A stretch of 64,000 bases of DNA from an uncultured Cellulophaga sp. (GTDB taxonomy: Bacteria; Bacteroidota; Bacteroidia; Flavobacteriales; Flavobacteriaceae): positions 2,276-66,275 of the forward strand of contig CANLOV010000013.1 of NCBI GenBank assembly GCA_947492955.1, read 5' to 3'. Shown in pieces: positions 17,664 to 27,832 of this stretch. The position numbers and the translations under genes are program-made. The notes beneath the pieces are model-generated. The model was not told the DNA's origin. It was given only the letters and a program-made list of their open reading frames with translations, and searched no databases. Every line of letters begins with the position of its first letter. Positions within the stretch are counted from its first letter, which is position 1.

Positions 17664-20567
17664 TTATCTGTTTAAATAAAGTCTTCCTTGTTTTTTATCA
17701 AATCCTTCTCTATTGTAGTTTAGTATGTAGAAATAAACACCATTTGGAGCTACAGTATTACCGCCACTTTTTTGGTTGTTGCCATCCCATGATGGGTTAT
17801 TTTTATCTCCTTTAAATAATAAATTTCCGTATCTGTTAAATATTTCAATAGTAAAATCTGGAAAAATCTCTACGATATTTGGAATAAAGAAAGTATCGTT
17901 TCTACTGTCTGCATTGGGAGAAAAACCATCTGGAATAAAGAAATTATAATCTTCAGGATTACAATTCGTAAGGTCTACGGTTACAGCCATTCTTTCTGGA
18001 TTAATGCAGCCAGTTGTAGTATCATAACTTTCCGCATAGTACATTGTTTTATCTATAAGTAAATCGTTTAAAGATAAAGCTGTAGTAGCGGTAGGGCTAT
18101 TAAACCAATCTACCTCTATAGAAGTATTTATAACCAAATCTTGTAATGTGGCAATAGTTGGTTCATCTATAGAGCATAGCGCAACGTTTAAAAATTCTAA
18201 AGAAATAGAAGAAGGGGAGATAATACTTGGTGTAATTTCTAGTCGGTTACTACTTTCGCAACCGTTAGTTAATTGTTCTACAGCATAATAACTTTGTCCG
18301 TCTACCAAGAAATCATTTTCGTTTATAATATTACCGTTTGTTGGCGCATCATACCAAATAATAGTACCACTATTGGGAGCAGAAGCATTTAAGCTAGCTA
18401 CAGTAGCATTTTCTACAGAACAGAAAACAGGATTAGTTTCTGTTGTTATTATGGTACTAGGTGTAAGTAAAAAAACAGTTACACTTATTTTTTCTGAACT
18501 TTCGCAGTTATTGTTTGGGTCTGTATTAGATATAAAATAATCTTCACTGTTTACTAATAAAGTAGATAGTGGTAGTGCTGTGGTATCTGTTTCATTATCG
18601 TAAAATGAAATTGTTCCTGTAGCTGTTACTTGTATATCAGATAAGCTAGGTCCATTAGTGTTAAAATCCAAGGTGCAAAAAGACTGATTACTATCTGCAA
18701 CTGGTGCATCTGGAATACCTCCAATAGAAAACTCTTCTGTTAATTCAAAATCAAATTGTGTTCTACATAAAGTAGTGTCGTTTTGAGTACTTCTTAATAC
18801 CACCTCGTAATTACCAACAGGTAGTGTGGTAATATCAACTACATAATCTGCTGTTCCTCCATTAAAAGTAACGGTATTATTTACGAGTATATCATTATTT
18901 TGTTGGTCTATAACTTCATAAGTAATAGTATAACCCCCATTGGCTAATACAGGAGCATCTACTATAACATCTACTCTTGTAGCATCACAATTATTATCAA
19001 CTACTAAGTCTAAAGAAATATCTTCTGGATATGGAGTTATGGTAAAAGCTGTACTTAGCATACAATCTAGATTAAAAGCGCTAGGGATATTCATTGCAAC
19101 AGTATAATCTCCTGCATCTGGTAAATTAGCAAATGGTATAGTAAAGTTTCCTGAGCCATTGCTAAAACTTACATTGGTTGCCGTGAAATTTGTGGTATTA
19201 CTGTTAGGGTCTGTAATGGTATAATTAATATCGTGTGTGCTATTAGATAAACTTCCTAAAGGATCTAATAGGTTTGTTAATTGTATACTAGCATCGGTAT
19301 CTGGACATATATTTGTAGCAGTAGCAGAAACGTTAGAAACTAACAATGTAGTTGGAAGAACATTAATATCTGAACAAATACTTCTTAAAGGTGATCTACC
19401 TGTTATTTCTGTAATTTCAACATTAACAAATTCATTAGGAGTAATCAGTGAAGGAGGAATAGTAAAAGTTCCAGAGCCACTACTTAAAGTAGCAGTTTCG
19501 TCTGTAGCGATATTTTGTCCATTACTATCTGTAATTCTATACGTAATATTATAACCACCATTTGGCATTGTAGATTGGTTATAGCTAAGGTTTATATTAT
19601 AATCGGAACCTGTACAAAAGGTTGCAGCACTTAGAGAGCCTTCTAATACTGGTAAAATTTCTATATTTACTGTGGACGTTCCTTCTTCACATATAGGGTG
19701 TGTTGGAAATACAGTGTATGTAAAGCTATAAGTACCGTATCCATGATTGCTGTTTATTTCTTCTACATTAATAATATTATCATCTAGACTTGTTATTTGG
19801 TTGGTAAACTCTTCTGACCAAGTACCATTATCGTCTTCACCAGCTAAATAGTCTCTTAAATTTAAATTCCTATATATGGATAAGTCTTCATTGGTGCAAA
19901 CAGTAAAACTTATTGGTGCGCCTGATGCTGGAGTTGGGTGTACTTCTAATATTACGGTAGATTGTTTACTAGGGCAGCTATCTACAATATCTACAGTATA
20001 GGTAAATGTATATACACCAGGACCAGCTCCCTGAGCATCAAAAATATTATTAGTAAGAAATTCTACCGCTTCTGGTGTTACTGCTTCCCATAATCCATTA
20101 AAATCTTGAACACGGTCATCTATATCACTACCTAAAAAACCATGCATATTTACATTAGAATCGTTACTACACGCATTAGCACTACCATCAATATTATTTT
20201 CTCCGGCATAGCCACCAAGATTTATAGTTATAGTTGCAGATTCTATTATTCCTCCACAATTGTTCGTATAAGTAAATGAGTGAGTTCCAGAATTGTTGAT
20301 TCGCCATAAATTAACAGTCCCATTAATTGCATCTAATGCAACAAAATTAGCAGGGTTTGTAGTAGACCAAATTCCACCAGCAGTAGGCGTACCATTAAGT
20401 TGTGCAAATAAATCGTAGGTTTTATAATTAGGGTCTAATTCTTTATCACATACAGTAACAGTATTATCACTACCAGCACATTGTGCGTAGGTAATAGTAG
20501 TATTAGCTAAAAATAAAAAGAAGAGAATACCTAAAATAAGGAATTCATGATTTTTTTTGATAGTCAT
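17664..20567 (-). CDS. T9SS type-B C-terminal-domain cargo protein (large repetitive Cys-containing surface adhesin-like protein)
   Basis: 967 aa with a signal peptide and internal repeat families. The C-terminal gliding-motility-associated/type-B sorting domain is FFIPDGFSPNADSRNDTFFIPNI...APNGVYFYILNYN...GRLYLNR. Confidence 0.85.
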   Translation of the reverse strand: MTIKKNHEFLILGILFFLFLANTTITYAQCAGSDNTVTVCDKELDPNYKTYDLFAQLNGTPTAGGIWSTTNPANFVALDAINGTVNLWRINNSGTHSFTYTNNCGGIIESATITINLGGYAGENNIDGSANACSNDSNVNMHGFLGSDIDDRVQDFNGLWEAVTPEAVEFLTNNIFDAQGAGPGVYTFTYTVDIVDSCPSKQSTVILEVHPTPASGAPISFTVCTNEDLSIYRNLNLRDYLAGEDDNGTWSEEFTNQITSLDDNIINVEEINSNHGYGTYSFTYTVFPTHPICEEGTSTVNIEILPVLEGSLSAATFCTGSDYNINLSYNQSTMPNGGYNITYRITDSNGQNIATDETATLSSGSGTFTIPPSLITPNEFVNVEITEITGRSPLRSICSDINVLPTTLLVSNVSATATNICPDTDASIQLTNLLDPLGSLSNSTHDINYTITDPNSNTTNFTATNVSFSNGSGNFTIPFANLPDAGDYTVAMNIPSAFNLDCMLSTAFTITPYPEDISLDLVVDNNCDATRVDVIVDAPVLANGGYTITYEVIDQQNNDILVNNTVTFNGGTADYVVDITTLPVGNYEVVLRSTQNDTTLCRTQFDFELTEEFSIGGIPDAPVADSNQSFCTLDFNTNGPSLSDIQVTATGTISFYDNETDTTALPLSTLLVNSEDYFISNTDPNNNCESSEKISVTVFLLTPSTIITTETNPVFCSVENATVASLNASAPNSGTIIWYDAPTNGNIINENDFLVDGQSYYAVEQLTNGCESSNRLEITPSIISPSSISLEFLNVALCSIDEPTIATLQDLVINTSIEVDWFNSPTATTALSLNDLLIDKTMYYAESYDTTTGCINPERMAVTVDLTNCNPEDYNFFIPDGFSPNADSRNDTFFIPNIVEIFPDFTIEIFNRYGNLLFKGDKNNPSWDGNNQKSGGNTVAPNGVYFYILNYNREGFDKKQGRLYLNR

Positions 20568-20809
20568 TGTATTGTTTTGCTTTGGCAGGTCGAAAGTATG
20601 TTATTGGGAGCTTACGGATAAAAAATATGTTGTATAAGTTCGTTAAGAAGGTGTGAAAAGCATAATTGTTGTAAGAAATTTTCTTAATAAAATGTTTTTT
20701 TATCGATTTTTTTGGTTGATAAACCGATTTTTAATTTGATGATTTTAGCTATTTTAAAAATTAAACTTTAAAATGTATCGTTATCTTTATCCCAATTAAT
20801 AAAAAGTAC

Positions 20810-22165
20810 ATGAATATTCATTTTATTGCCATTGGCGGTAGTGCCATGCATAATTTAGCATTAGCATTAAAACATAAAGGTTATACTATTACGGGGAGTG
20901 ATGATGTTATTTTTGAACCTTCTAAAGGAAGATTAGAAGCTCAAGGTTTGTTACCCCATACTTTTGGTTGGTTTCCAGAGAAAATACATCCAGGATTAGA
21001 TGCTATTATCTTAGGAATGCATGCCAAACCCGATAATATAGAATTATTAAAAGCGCAAGGGCTAGGCTTAAAAATATATTCTTATCCAGAGTTTTTATAC
21101 GAACAATCTAAAAATAAAACTAGGGTAGTTATAGGAGGTAGTCATGGGAAAACAACTATAACTTCTATGATATTACATGTTTTAAACTATCACGATTTTG
21201 CTGTAGATTATATGGTAGGAGCTCAGTTAGATGGTTTTGATCGTATGGTACATTTAACAGAAGAGAACGATTTTATTATCTTAGAAGGAGACGAGTACCT
21301 TTCTTCTCCTATAGATAGGCGACCAAAGTTTCATTTATATCAGCCCAATATTGCATTGTTAAGTGGTATAGCTTGGGATCATATAAATGTTTTTCCAACA
21401 TTAGATAACTATATAGAACAATTTCAGATTTTTGTAGATAGCATTGTAAAAGGAGGTAGCATTACTTATAATGAGGAAGATGTAGAAGTAAAGAAAGTGG
21501 TAGAAGCTTCTGAAAATGCCATTCGTAAATTACCATATACAACACCTGCCTATGAGGTAGAAGAAGGGCAAACCTTGTTAGAAACCCCTGAAGGTTTAAT
21601 GCCGATTGAGATTTTTGGTAAGCATAACCTAAATAATTTAGCTGGAGCAAAATGGATTTGTCAGAATATAGGTGTAGATGAAGATGATTTTTACGAGGCT
21701 ATAGCAACTTTTAAAGGGGCATCTAAAAGGCTAGAAAAAATAGCAGAGGGTAAAAATAGTATAGCTTATAAAGATTTTGCACATTCTCCTAGTAAAGTAG
21801 CAGCAACAACTACAGCAGCAAAAGAGCAGTATACAAATAGAAAATTGGTAGCTTGTTTAGAATTGCATACCTATAGCAGCCTTAATGCAGAATTTTTAAA
21901 AGAATATAAAGGAGCATTAGATGCAGCAGATGTAGCAGCTGTTTTTTATTCTCCAGAAGCGGTTAAGATAAAACAATTAGATGAGGTAACTCACGAACAA
22001 ATTGCAAATGCTTTTGAAAGAAATGATTTAAAAATATTTACAGATGCAGCTTCTTTTAAAGATTTTCTTTTTAATCAATCATTTGATAATAGTACTTTGT
22101 TATTAATGAGTTCTGGTAATTACGGAGGGTTAGATTTTAATAAAGTAAAGGATTTAATAAAGTAA
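20810..22165 (+). CDS. mpl: Mur-ligase family protein, Mpl-like (UDP-N-acetylmuramate:L-Ala-gamma-D-Glu-meso-DAP ligase)
   Basis: 451 aa. N-terminal Rossmann segment IHFIAIGGSAMHNLALAL...GSDD and P-loop-like GGSHGKTTITSM, typical of MurC/Mpl. Confidence 0.7.
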   Translation: MNIHFIAIGGSAMHNLALALKHKGYTITGSDDVIFEPSKGRLEAQGLLPHTFGWFPEKIHPGLDAIILGMHAKPDNIELLKAQGLGLKIYSYPEFLYEQSKNKTRVVIGGSHGKTTITSMILHVLNYHDFAVDYMVGAQLDGFDRMVHLTEENDFIILEGDEYLSSPIDRRPKFHLYQPNIALLSGIAWDHINVFPTLDNYIEQFQIFVDSIVKGGSITYNEEDVEVKKVVEASENAIRKLPYTTPAYEVEEGQTLLETPEGLMPIEIFGKHNLNNLAGAKWICQNIGVDEDDFYEAIATFKGASKRLEKIAEGKNSIAYKDFAHSPSKVAATTTAAKEQYTNRKLVACLELHTYSSLNAEFLKEYKGALDAADVAAVFYSPEAVKIKQLDEVTHEQIANAFERNDLKIFTDAASFKDFLFNQSFDNSTLLLMSSGNYGGLDFNKVKDLIK

Positions 22166-22195
22166 CAAGATTATTTTGTTTCTTATATTTAGCCT

Positions 22196-22894
22196 ATGCA
22201 AGAAAATTCTACTTCTTTTTCTATTAAAAATTGGTCCGATGATGATAAGCCAAGAGAAAAATTAGCTAAAAAAGGGAAATCTGTTTTATCAGATGCTGAG
22301 TTATTAGCTATTTTAATAGGTTCCGGTAATAGAGATGAGAGTGCTGTTGAACTTTCTAAACGCATTTTGGCTTCAATAAATAATAATTTAAATGAATTAG
22401 GAAAGCTATCTATTCAACAATTAATGCAATTTAAGGGAATAGGAGAGGCAAAAGCAGTTACTATTGCTGCGGCGCTAGAAATGGGTAGAAGAAGAAGAGG
22501 AGAGGCATCAGAAAAAATAACTAAAATAACAAGTAGTAAAGATGTTTTTGAGTTGTTGCAGCCTATATTAGGAGATTTGTCGCATGAAGAATTTTGGGTT
22601 GTTTACTTAAATAATTCTAATAAAGTATTACATACAGAGCAGCAAAGTAAGGGAGGTATTACAGGAACTTTAGTAGATGTACGTTTGGTTATTAAACAAG
22701 CATTAGAATATGGGGCAGTAGGATTAATACTAGCACACAATCACCCTTCTGAAACACTAAAAGTAAGTAACGCAGATAAAAAAATAACAAAAAAAATACA
22801 GTTAGCGGCAGAAGTTTTAGATATAAAAGTTCTGGATCACGTAATAATTACTCAGAAAGCGTATTTTAGTTTTGCAGATAATAATTTATTATAA
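22196..22894 (+). CDS. radC: RadC-family JAB/MPN domain protein
   Basis: 232 aa. HhH-like N-terminal part (LSDAELLAILIGSG). JAMM-like motif AHNHPSE in the C-terminal domain. Confidence 0.85.
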   Translation: MQENSTSFSIKNWSDDDKPREKLAKKGKSVLSDAELLAILIGSGNRDESAVELSKRILASINNNLNELGKLSIQQLMQFKGIGEAKAVTIAAALEMGRRRRGEASEKITKITSSKDVFELLQPILGDLSHEEFWVVYLNNSNKVLHTEQQSKGGITGTLVDVRLVIKQALEYGAVGLILAHNHPSETLKVSNADKKITKKIQLAAEVLDIKVLDHVIITQKAYFSFADNNLL

Positions 22895-22896
22895 GT

Positions 22897-24192
22897 ATGT
22901 TACTTATCTATACTCATAAAATTACTCCTAGGTTTACCTATATAACAAAACACATATTTACAAATGTTTTGGGTATAGAAATTACGGCTACTACTAAAAT
23001 AGAGGATTTTATAAAGCATTCAGGAGCAAAAATAACCTATACAAAGCAAGCATTACAAAATGAGTTTTTTATAAGAAGTAATGATTTGTTATTTGAACAA
23101 GGAATTAATGATTTAGAAATAAAAATAAGTAATTGGGATACAGTACCTTGTTTTTTTTCTACAGGAGAACGAAGTAATATTCCATTTGATATTTTTTCTG
23201 CTAGTTTTTATATGTTAAGTAGGTACGAAGAATATTTGCCGCATGTAAAAGATATTCATGGTAGGTATCCTTACAAAGAAAGCTTAGCATTTATTAATGG
23301 TTTTTTACAAAAACCTGTAGTAGATATATGGGCTTTTAAGTTATTAGATAATTTAAAAGAACGTTTTCCAGAATTAGAGTATAAAAAAAGAAAATATAAG
23401 TATACCTCTATTATAGATGTTACAACCTCTCATTGTTTTAAATATAAGGGTATTATTAGAACATTATCAGGAATAGTATTAGATACTGCTTATTTAAAAC
23501 TAAGCAGAGTATTGCAACGTATTTTAGTTCTAGTAAATTATAAAAAAGACCCTTATGATAATTTTTCGGAATTAATAGAGAAGCATAAAGAATATGGGGT
23601 ACAAAGTATGTTTTTCTTTCAATATGCAGATTATTCTACCTATGATAAAAACATATCTGTAAATAATAATAAGTTTAAATATTTAATAAAATCAGTTGCA
23701 GATTATAGTATTGTTTCATTAGCAGGGTCTTATGCTTCTTTAAATAATAGAGCGCTTTTAAAAGAAGAAAAGAAAAGACTTTCTAATGTTATTAACCGAA
23801 AGGTAAAAGGCATTAGATTGCGCTATAATAGAGTAGATGTCCCCGATAGTTATAGAGATTTAGTAGAGGCAGAATTTACCGAAGACTATACAATGGGCTA
23901 TACACATGCTATAGGCTTTAGAGCAGGTACTAGTACTCCTTTTTATTTTTATGATATTAGTTTAGAAGTACAGCATCCTATAAAAGTACACCCGTTTGCA
24001 GTTCATGATTATGCCTTGGCAGACTATAAAAAAGAAGAGCAAATTTTAAATGATATAAATAGTTTATATAAAGAAGTGAGAAACGTTGACGGAAGTTTTA
24101 TAAGCATTTTTTCAAATGAATTATTAGGAAATACTCGTAAGCTTAATTGGAAGAAAATTTATTATAAAATATTAAATAATTTTAATGTTTAA
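22897..24192 (+). CDS. Conserved hypothetical protein (431 aa)
   Basis: Long ORF tightly packed between radC (2 nt gap) and the HAD gene (8 nt overlap). I recognise no diagnostic motif. Confidence 0.5.
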   Translation: MLLIYTHKITPRFTYITKHIFTNVLGIEITATTKIEDFIKHSGAKITYTKQALQNEFFIRSNDLLFEQGINDLEIKISNWDTVPCFFSTGERSNIPFDIFSASFYMLSRYEEYLPHVKDIHGRYPYKESLAFINGFLQKPVVDIWAFKLLDNLKERFPELEYKKRKYKYTSIIDVTTSHCFKYKGIIRTLSGIVLDTAYLKLSRVLQRILVLVNYKKDPYDNFSELIEKHKEYGVQSMFFFQYADYSTYDKNISVNNNKFKYLIKSVADYSIVSLAGSYASLNNRALLKEEKKRLSNVINRKVKGIRLRYNRVDVPDSYRDLVEAEFTEDYTMGYTHAIGFRAGTSTPFYFYDISLEVQHPIKVHPFAVHDYALADYKKEEQILNDINSLYKEVRNVDGSFISIFSNELLGNTRKLNWKKIYYKILNNFNV

Positions 24193-24874
24193 GAATACTA
24201 TTACAGATGTTTTTTTTGATTTAGACCATACACTATGGGATTTTGAAAAGAATTCGGCACTTACTTATCAAAAAATATTTAAAGAAAATAAGATTAAGTT
24301 AGTTTTATCAGACTTTTTAAAAGTGTATGTTCCAAATAATATTGCTTTTTGGAAATTATATAGAGAAGATAAAATTACATCAGAAGAATTACGCTACCAA
24401 CGCTTAAAAACAACATTTGATCAGCTTGGATATCATATATCAGATGCAGATATCCATGTTTTATCAAATCAATATATTCAGTATTTATCTATCTACAATC
24501 ATTTATTTCCAAATGCTATAGAGGTTTTAGACTATTTAAAATCTAAGTATAGCTTACATATTATAACTAATGGTTTTAAAGAGGTGCAACAAAGAAAATT
24601 AATAGCATCTAAAATTTTTTCATACTTTGATCAAGTTATAAACTCAGAAACGGCGGGAGTAAAAAAGCCAAACCCTATAATATTTAAAAAAGCTTTGGAA
24701 TTAGCAAGAACAATACCAGAGCAATCTATAATGATAGGAGATAGCATAGAGGCAGATATTATAGGAGCAAAAGCGGTAGGTTTTCATGTATTACATTTTA
24801 ATGCGCATAATGAAGCGAGGCACGAATATTGTGACATGATTACAAATTTAAATGAAATAAAAAATTATTTATAG
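24185..24874 (+). CDS. HAD-superfamily hydrolase (YjjG-like nucleotidase type)
   Basis: 229 aa. HAD motif I FFDLDHTLWDF, motif II-like IITNG, motif IV-like MIGDSIEADIIGA. Confidence 0.75.
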   Translation: MFKNTITDVFFDLDHTLWDFEKNSALTYQKIFKENKIKLVLSDFLKVYVPNNIAFWKLYREDKITSEELRYQRLKTTFDQLGYHISDADIHVLSNQYIQYLSIYNHLFPNAIEVLDYLKSKYSLHIITNGFKEVQQRKLIASKIFSYFDQVINSETAGVKKPNPIIFKKALELARTIPEQSIMIGDSIEADIIGAKAVGFHVLHFNAHNEARHEYCDMITNLNEIKNYL

Positions 24875-24911
24875 AGTTATATATAGTTAAGTATGATGAG
24901 AAAATATTTTT

Positions 24912-25466
24912 ATGATTAGTTCAATAGTAAAAAATAAAGTTTGTATACTACTTTTTAGCCTTTTTTTGGGTTTATTTTCGTGTTCTGATAAATTAGATTT
25001 TGACCAGGCAGATGATTTTAAAGTAACACCATCACTTGCTTCGAGTATTATTTTTATAGAGGTTCCAGAGTTCTTTTTTAATGCTCCATTTTCATCTACT
25101 TCGTATGCAAACGATTTTGCATTCGAAGCTTTTAATGAAGATTTATTTTCTAGAAGGGTTCTTAGTGGTATTATAACTTATGAAATAGAAAATACCACAA
25201 GTAAACCTTTGACGATAACTTTTGAGTTTATAGATGAAACAGGTATGGTACCATTAGACAAAGAAGAGTTTGTTATAGCGCCTGGGGCAACATTTAAAAG
25301 AGAATCGGTATATGGTCCAGGAGGAAAAAGCTTAGATATAATTGTAAATACGGCTAATATAAGACTTACGGCCGAAAATAGAGGAGATGATACTAGTGTT
25401 AATTTGCCAGATTCTAAGATAGTTTTAAAATCTAAAGCAGAATTTAAGGTAGAATTAAAAAAATGA
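24912..25466 (+). CDS. Hypothetical lipoprotein
   Basis: 184 aa. Signal peptide ending in a lipobox-like LFSC. The stop overlaps the next start (ATGA at 25463..25466). Confidence 0.55.
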   Translation: MISSIVKNKVCILLFSLFLGLFSCSDKLDFDQADDFKVTPSLASSIIFIEVPEFFFNAPFSSTSYANDFAFEAFNEDLFSRRVLSGIITYEIENTTSKPLTITFEFIDETGMVPLDKEEFVIAPGATFKRESVYGPGGKSLDIIVNTANIRLTAENRGDDTSVNLPDSKIVLKSKAEFKVELKK

Positions 25467-26920
25467 AAAATTTTTTAGTAGTAGTTAGTATCTTATTTTC
25501 TTTAGGATGTATAAAATTATATGGTCAGCATAAGCAAATTATGTATGACTTTAAGGAAGTGCCACAATCAAATTTATTAAACCCCGGAATAGAGAATATG
25601 TATAAATGGTATACAGGTTTTCCTGTGTTATCAGGACTTTCTCTGGGTGTAGGTTCTAGTGGGATTGCTGCAGGCGATATTTTTGCTGATGACGGTATAG
25701 ATATTACAGAAAAAATTAGAAATCAAGTAATTAATGGTATGAAAGCTAAAGATGAATTTAGCTTTACAAACCAAATAGAAGTTTTTAATATAGGTTTTAG
25801 AGGTAAAAATAATTCTAAAAATTACTATTCATTTGGGGCTTATAACGAATTTGATTTTATTACTTATTGGCCTAAGGATTTAGCAATTTTAGGATTCGAG
25901 GGTAATGCTGGTAATATAGGAAGGAGATTTAGTTTAAAGCATGTTAAAGCAAGAGCAGAATTATTAAATGTATATCATTTTGGAATTAATAAAAAGTTAA
26001 ATCATAAATTAACAGTTGGAGCAAGAGGTAAGGTCTATTCAAGTATTATAGATGTTAATTCTTCTCATAACAAAGGTTATTTCATAACCAATCCAGGGCA
26101 AAATAACATTCTAGAAAATACTTTGGTGGCCGATATGCAAGTGAGAACATCTGGTATTAAAGAAATTGAAGATTCGTTAGATGATAGTATAGAAAATAAT
26201 ACGCAGAGCGTTCTTATTAATAGAGGTCTCTTAGGAGGTAACTTAGGTCTAGGGTTAGATTTAGGTTTTACCTATCATATAGATGAGCAAACAGTAATTA
26301 CAGCAAGTGTATTAGATTTAGGTTTTATATATCATAATAATGCAGTGCAGAATTACACTTTAAAAGGAAGTGCAACGGTAGAAGGGATAGAAGTAATATT
26401 ACCTGATGCATTAATTAACCCAAATGAAGATTTTTGGCAGGATTTGGTAGATGATATAGAAGAATTAATCCCTTTTGACGACAACAATAAAAGCTACATA
26501 ACATTTAGGCCAACTAAGCTATATGGCTCTTACCGTTATAATTTTGAAAAGAGAAAACCAAAAGGTGATGGAGGTGATTGTAATTGTAATTATATGAAAC
26601 CTCATAGCCTTAGAATAAATGATGTTTATTTAAATGCCATTGGCGGACAGGTATATGTAATAAATAGACCAAGAGGGCCACAAGTATCTTTAACTGGTTT
26701 TTATCAAAGAAAATTAGGGAACTTTTTAACAGCAAAGGCTACTTATACTGTTAATAAATTTTCGTTTTCTAATGTTGGTCTAGGAATTAGTATGAAAGCA
26801 GGTTATTTAAATATGTATTTAATGGCGGATAACTTATTAGCATACCAAAATTTAGCAAATAGCCAATATGCTTCTTTTCAATTTGGATTAAATATCTTAC
26901 CTTGGAACAATAAAAGATAG
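25463..26920 (+). CDS. Putative outer-membrane beta-barrel protein of unknown function
   Basis: 485 aa with a signal peptide. Alternating hydrophobic beta-strand pattern and an aromatic-rich C-terminal segment. Translationally coupled to the upstream lipoprotein. Confidence 0.5.
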   Translation: MKNFLVVVSILFSLGCIKLYGQHKQIMYDFKEVPQSNLLNPGIENMYKWYTGFPVLSGLSLGVGSSGIAAGDIFADDGIDITEKIRNQVINGMKAKDEFSFTNQIEVFNIGFRGKNNSKNYYSFGAYNEFDFITYWPKDLAILGFEGNAGNIGRRFSLKHVKARAELLNVYHFGINKKLNHKLTVGARGKVYSSIIDVNSSHNKGYFITNPGQNNILENTLVADMQVRTSGIKEIEDSLDDSIENNTQSVLINRGLLGGNLGLGLDLGFTYHIDEQTVITASVLDLGFIYHNNAVQNYTLKGSATVEGIEVILPDALINPNEDFWQDLVDDIEELIPFDDNNKSYITFRPTKLYGSYRYNFEKRKPKGDGGDCNCNYMKPHSLRINDVYLNAIGGQVYVINRPRGPQVSLTGFYQRKLGNFLTAKATYTVNKFSFSNVGLGISMKAGYLNMYLMADNLLAYQNLANSQYASFQFGLNILPWNNKR

Positions 26921-27001
26921 CTTAATTTTGTGCATGGCATGGTTTTAGATTCATGTTTGTAAATAATTACTATAGTTATTGTGAATAATAAATATTTTAA
27001 A

Positions 27002-27832
27002 ATGAAAATAGTTTTGACATACTTATTTATAATAAGTAGTTACATAGGAATGGCTCAACAGCAGTTGAATGACTATAAGTATATTATAGTACCTAAAAAG
27101 TTTGATAGTTTTAAAAAAGAAAACCAGTACCAAACTAGTACAATGGTAAAGTTTAGGCTTGTTCAGAAAAATTTCACAGCAGTATATGACGATAGTTTAC
27201 CAGAAGACTTATTATTAAATAGATGTTTAGGTCTTACAATTGATTTAGAAGATTTATCAGGAATGTTATCGACTAAAGTTAAGTTAGTTTTTAAAGATTG
27301 TTCTTCTAGGCAAGTTTTCGAAACTGAAATAGGAAGAAGTAGTGCTAAAGAGTTTAAACCAGCCTATAAAGAAGCTATAGATAATGCACTTATGTCTTTA
27401 CCTTTAGATTATAAGTATAAAGGAAAAGAACCATCAACGCCTATAAAGGTTAGTTTTAAAAATGATGTAAAAAAATTAGAACAGAAAAGGATAGTAGAGC
27501 AAAAGTCTACAAGAGAAGAACAGAGCTTTAAAAGTTTAGAGCCAAAACCATCGCAAATAAAAAAGGCAGTACCAGTAATATCAAATCATAATTCTCCAAT
27601 AGCAAAGTCTAATGGAGCAGTATTATATGCACAAGAGATTAAAAACGGATTTCAACTGGTAGATAGTACTCCTAAGATTCAACTAAAAGTGTTTTTAACG
27701 TCTATTTCAGATTTTTATATAGCAAAATCAGATGATAAAGATGGTATTGTTTACAGTAAAAATGAGAAATGGTTTTTAGAATATTACAAAGGAGAAGAAC
27801 TTATAATAGAAGAATTAAATATAAAATTTTAA
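27002..27832 (+). CDS. Hypothetical secreted protein
   Basis: The ORF track starts at GTG 26981. ATG 27002 gives a clean signal peptide, MKIVLTYLFIISSYIGMAQQ, so I prefer it. Confidence 0.5.
   Translation: MKIVLTYLFIISSYIGMAQQQLNDYKYIIVPKKFDSFKKENQYQTSTMVKFRLVQKNFTAVYDDSLPEDLLLNRCLGLTIDLEDLSGMLSTKVKLVFKDCSSRQVFETEIGRSSAKEFKPAYKEAIDNALMSLPLDYKYKGKEPSTPIKVSFKNDVKKLEQKRIVEQKSTREEQSFKSLEPKPSQIKKAVPVISNHNSPIAKSNGAVLYAQEIKNGFQLVDSTPKIQLKVFLTSISDFYIAKSDDKDGIVYSKNEKWFLEYYKGEELIIEELNIKF

Noticed and set aside
15033-19554. Plus-strand ORFs 15033..15224, 15351..15533 and 19237..19554.
   Set aside because: They are antisense to the OmpA-family and T9SS cargo genes. 15033..15224 is simply the reverse reading of the Lys/Glu coiled-coil repeat.
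1-20567. Possibility that the first 20 kb is a mobile genomic island or defence island.
   Set aside because: The region has no integrase, transposase, recombinase or tRNA attachment site, and no phage or conjugation genes. It also has no recognisable defence-system genes such as restriction, CRISPR-Cas, toxin-antitoxin or nuclease-NTPase pairs. Only the 59/60 bp duplication hints at past rearrangement.
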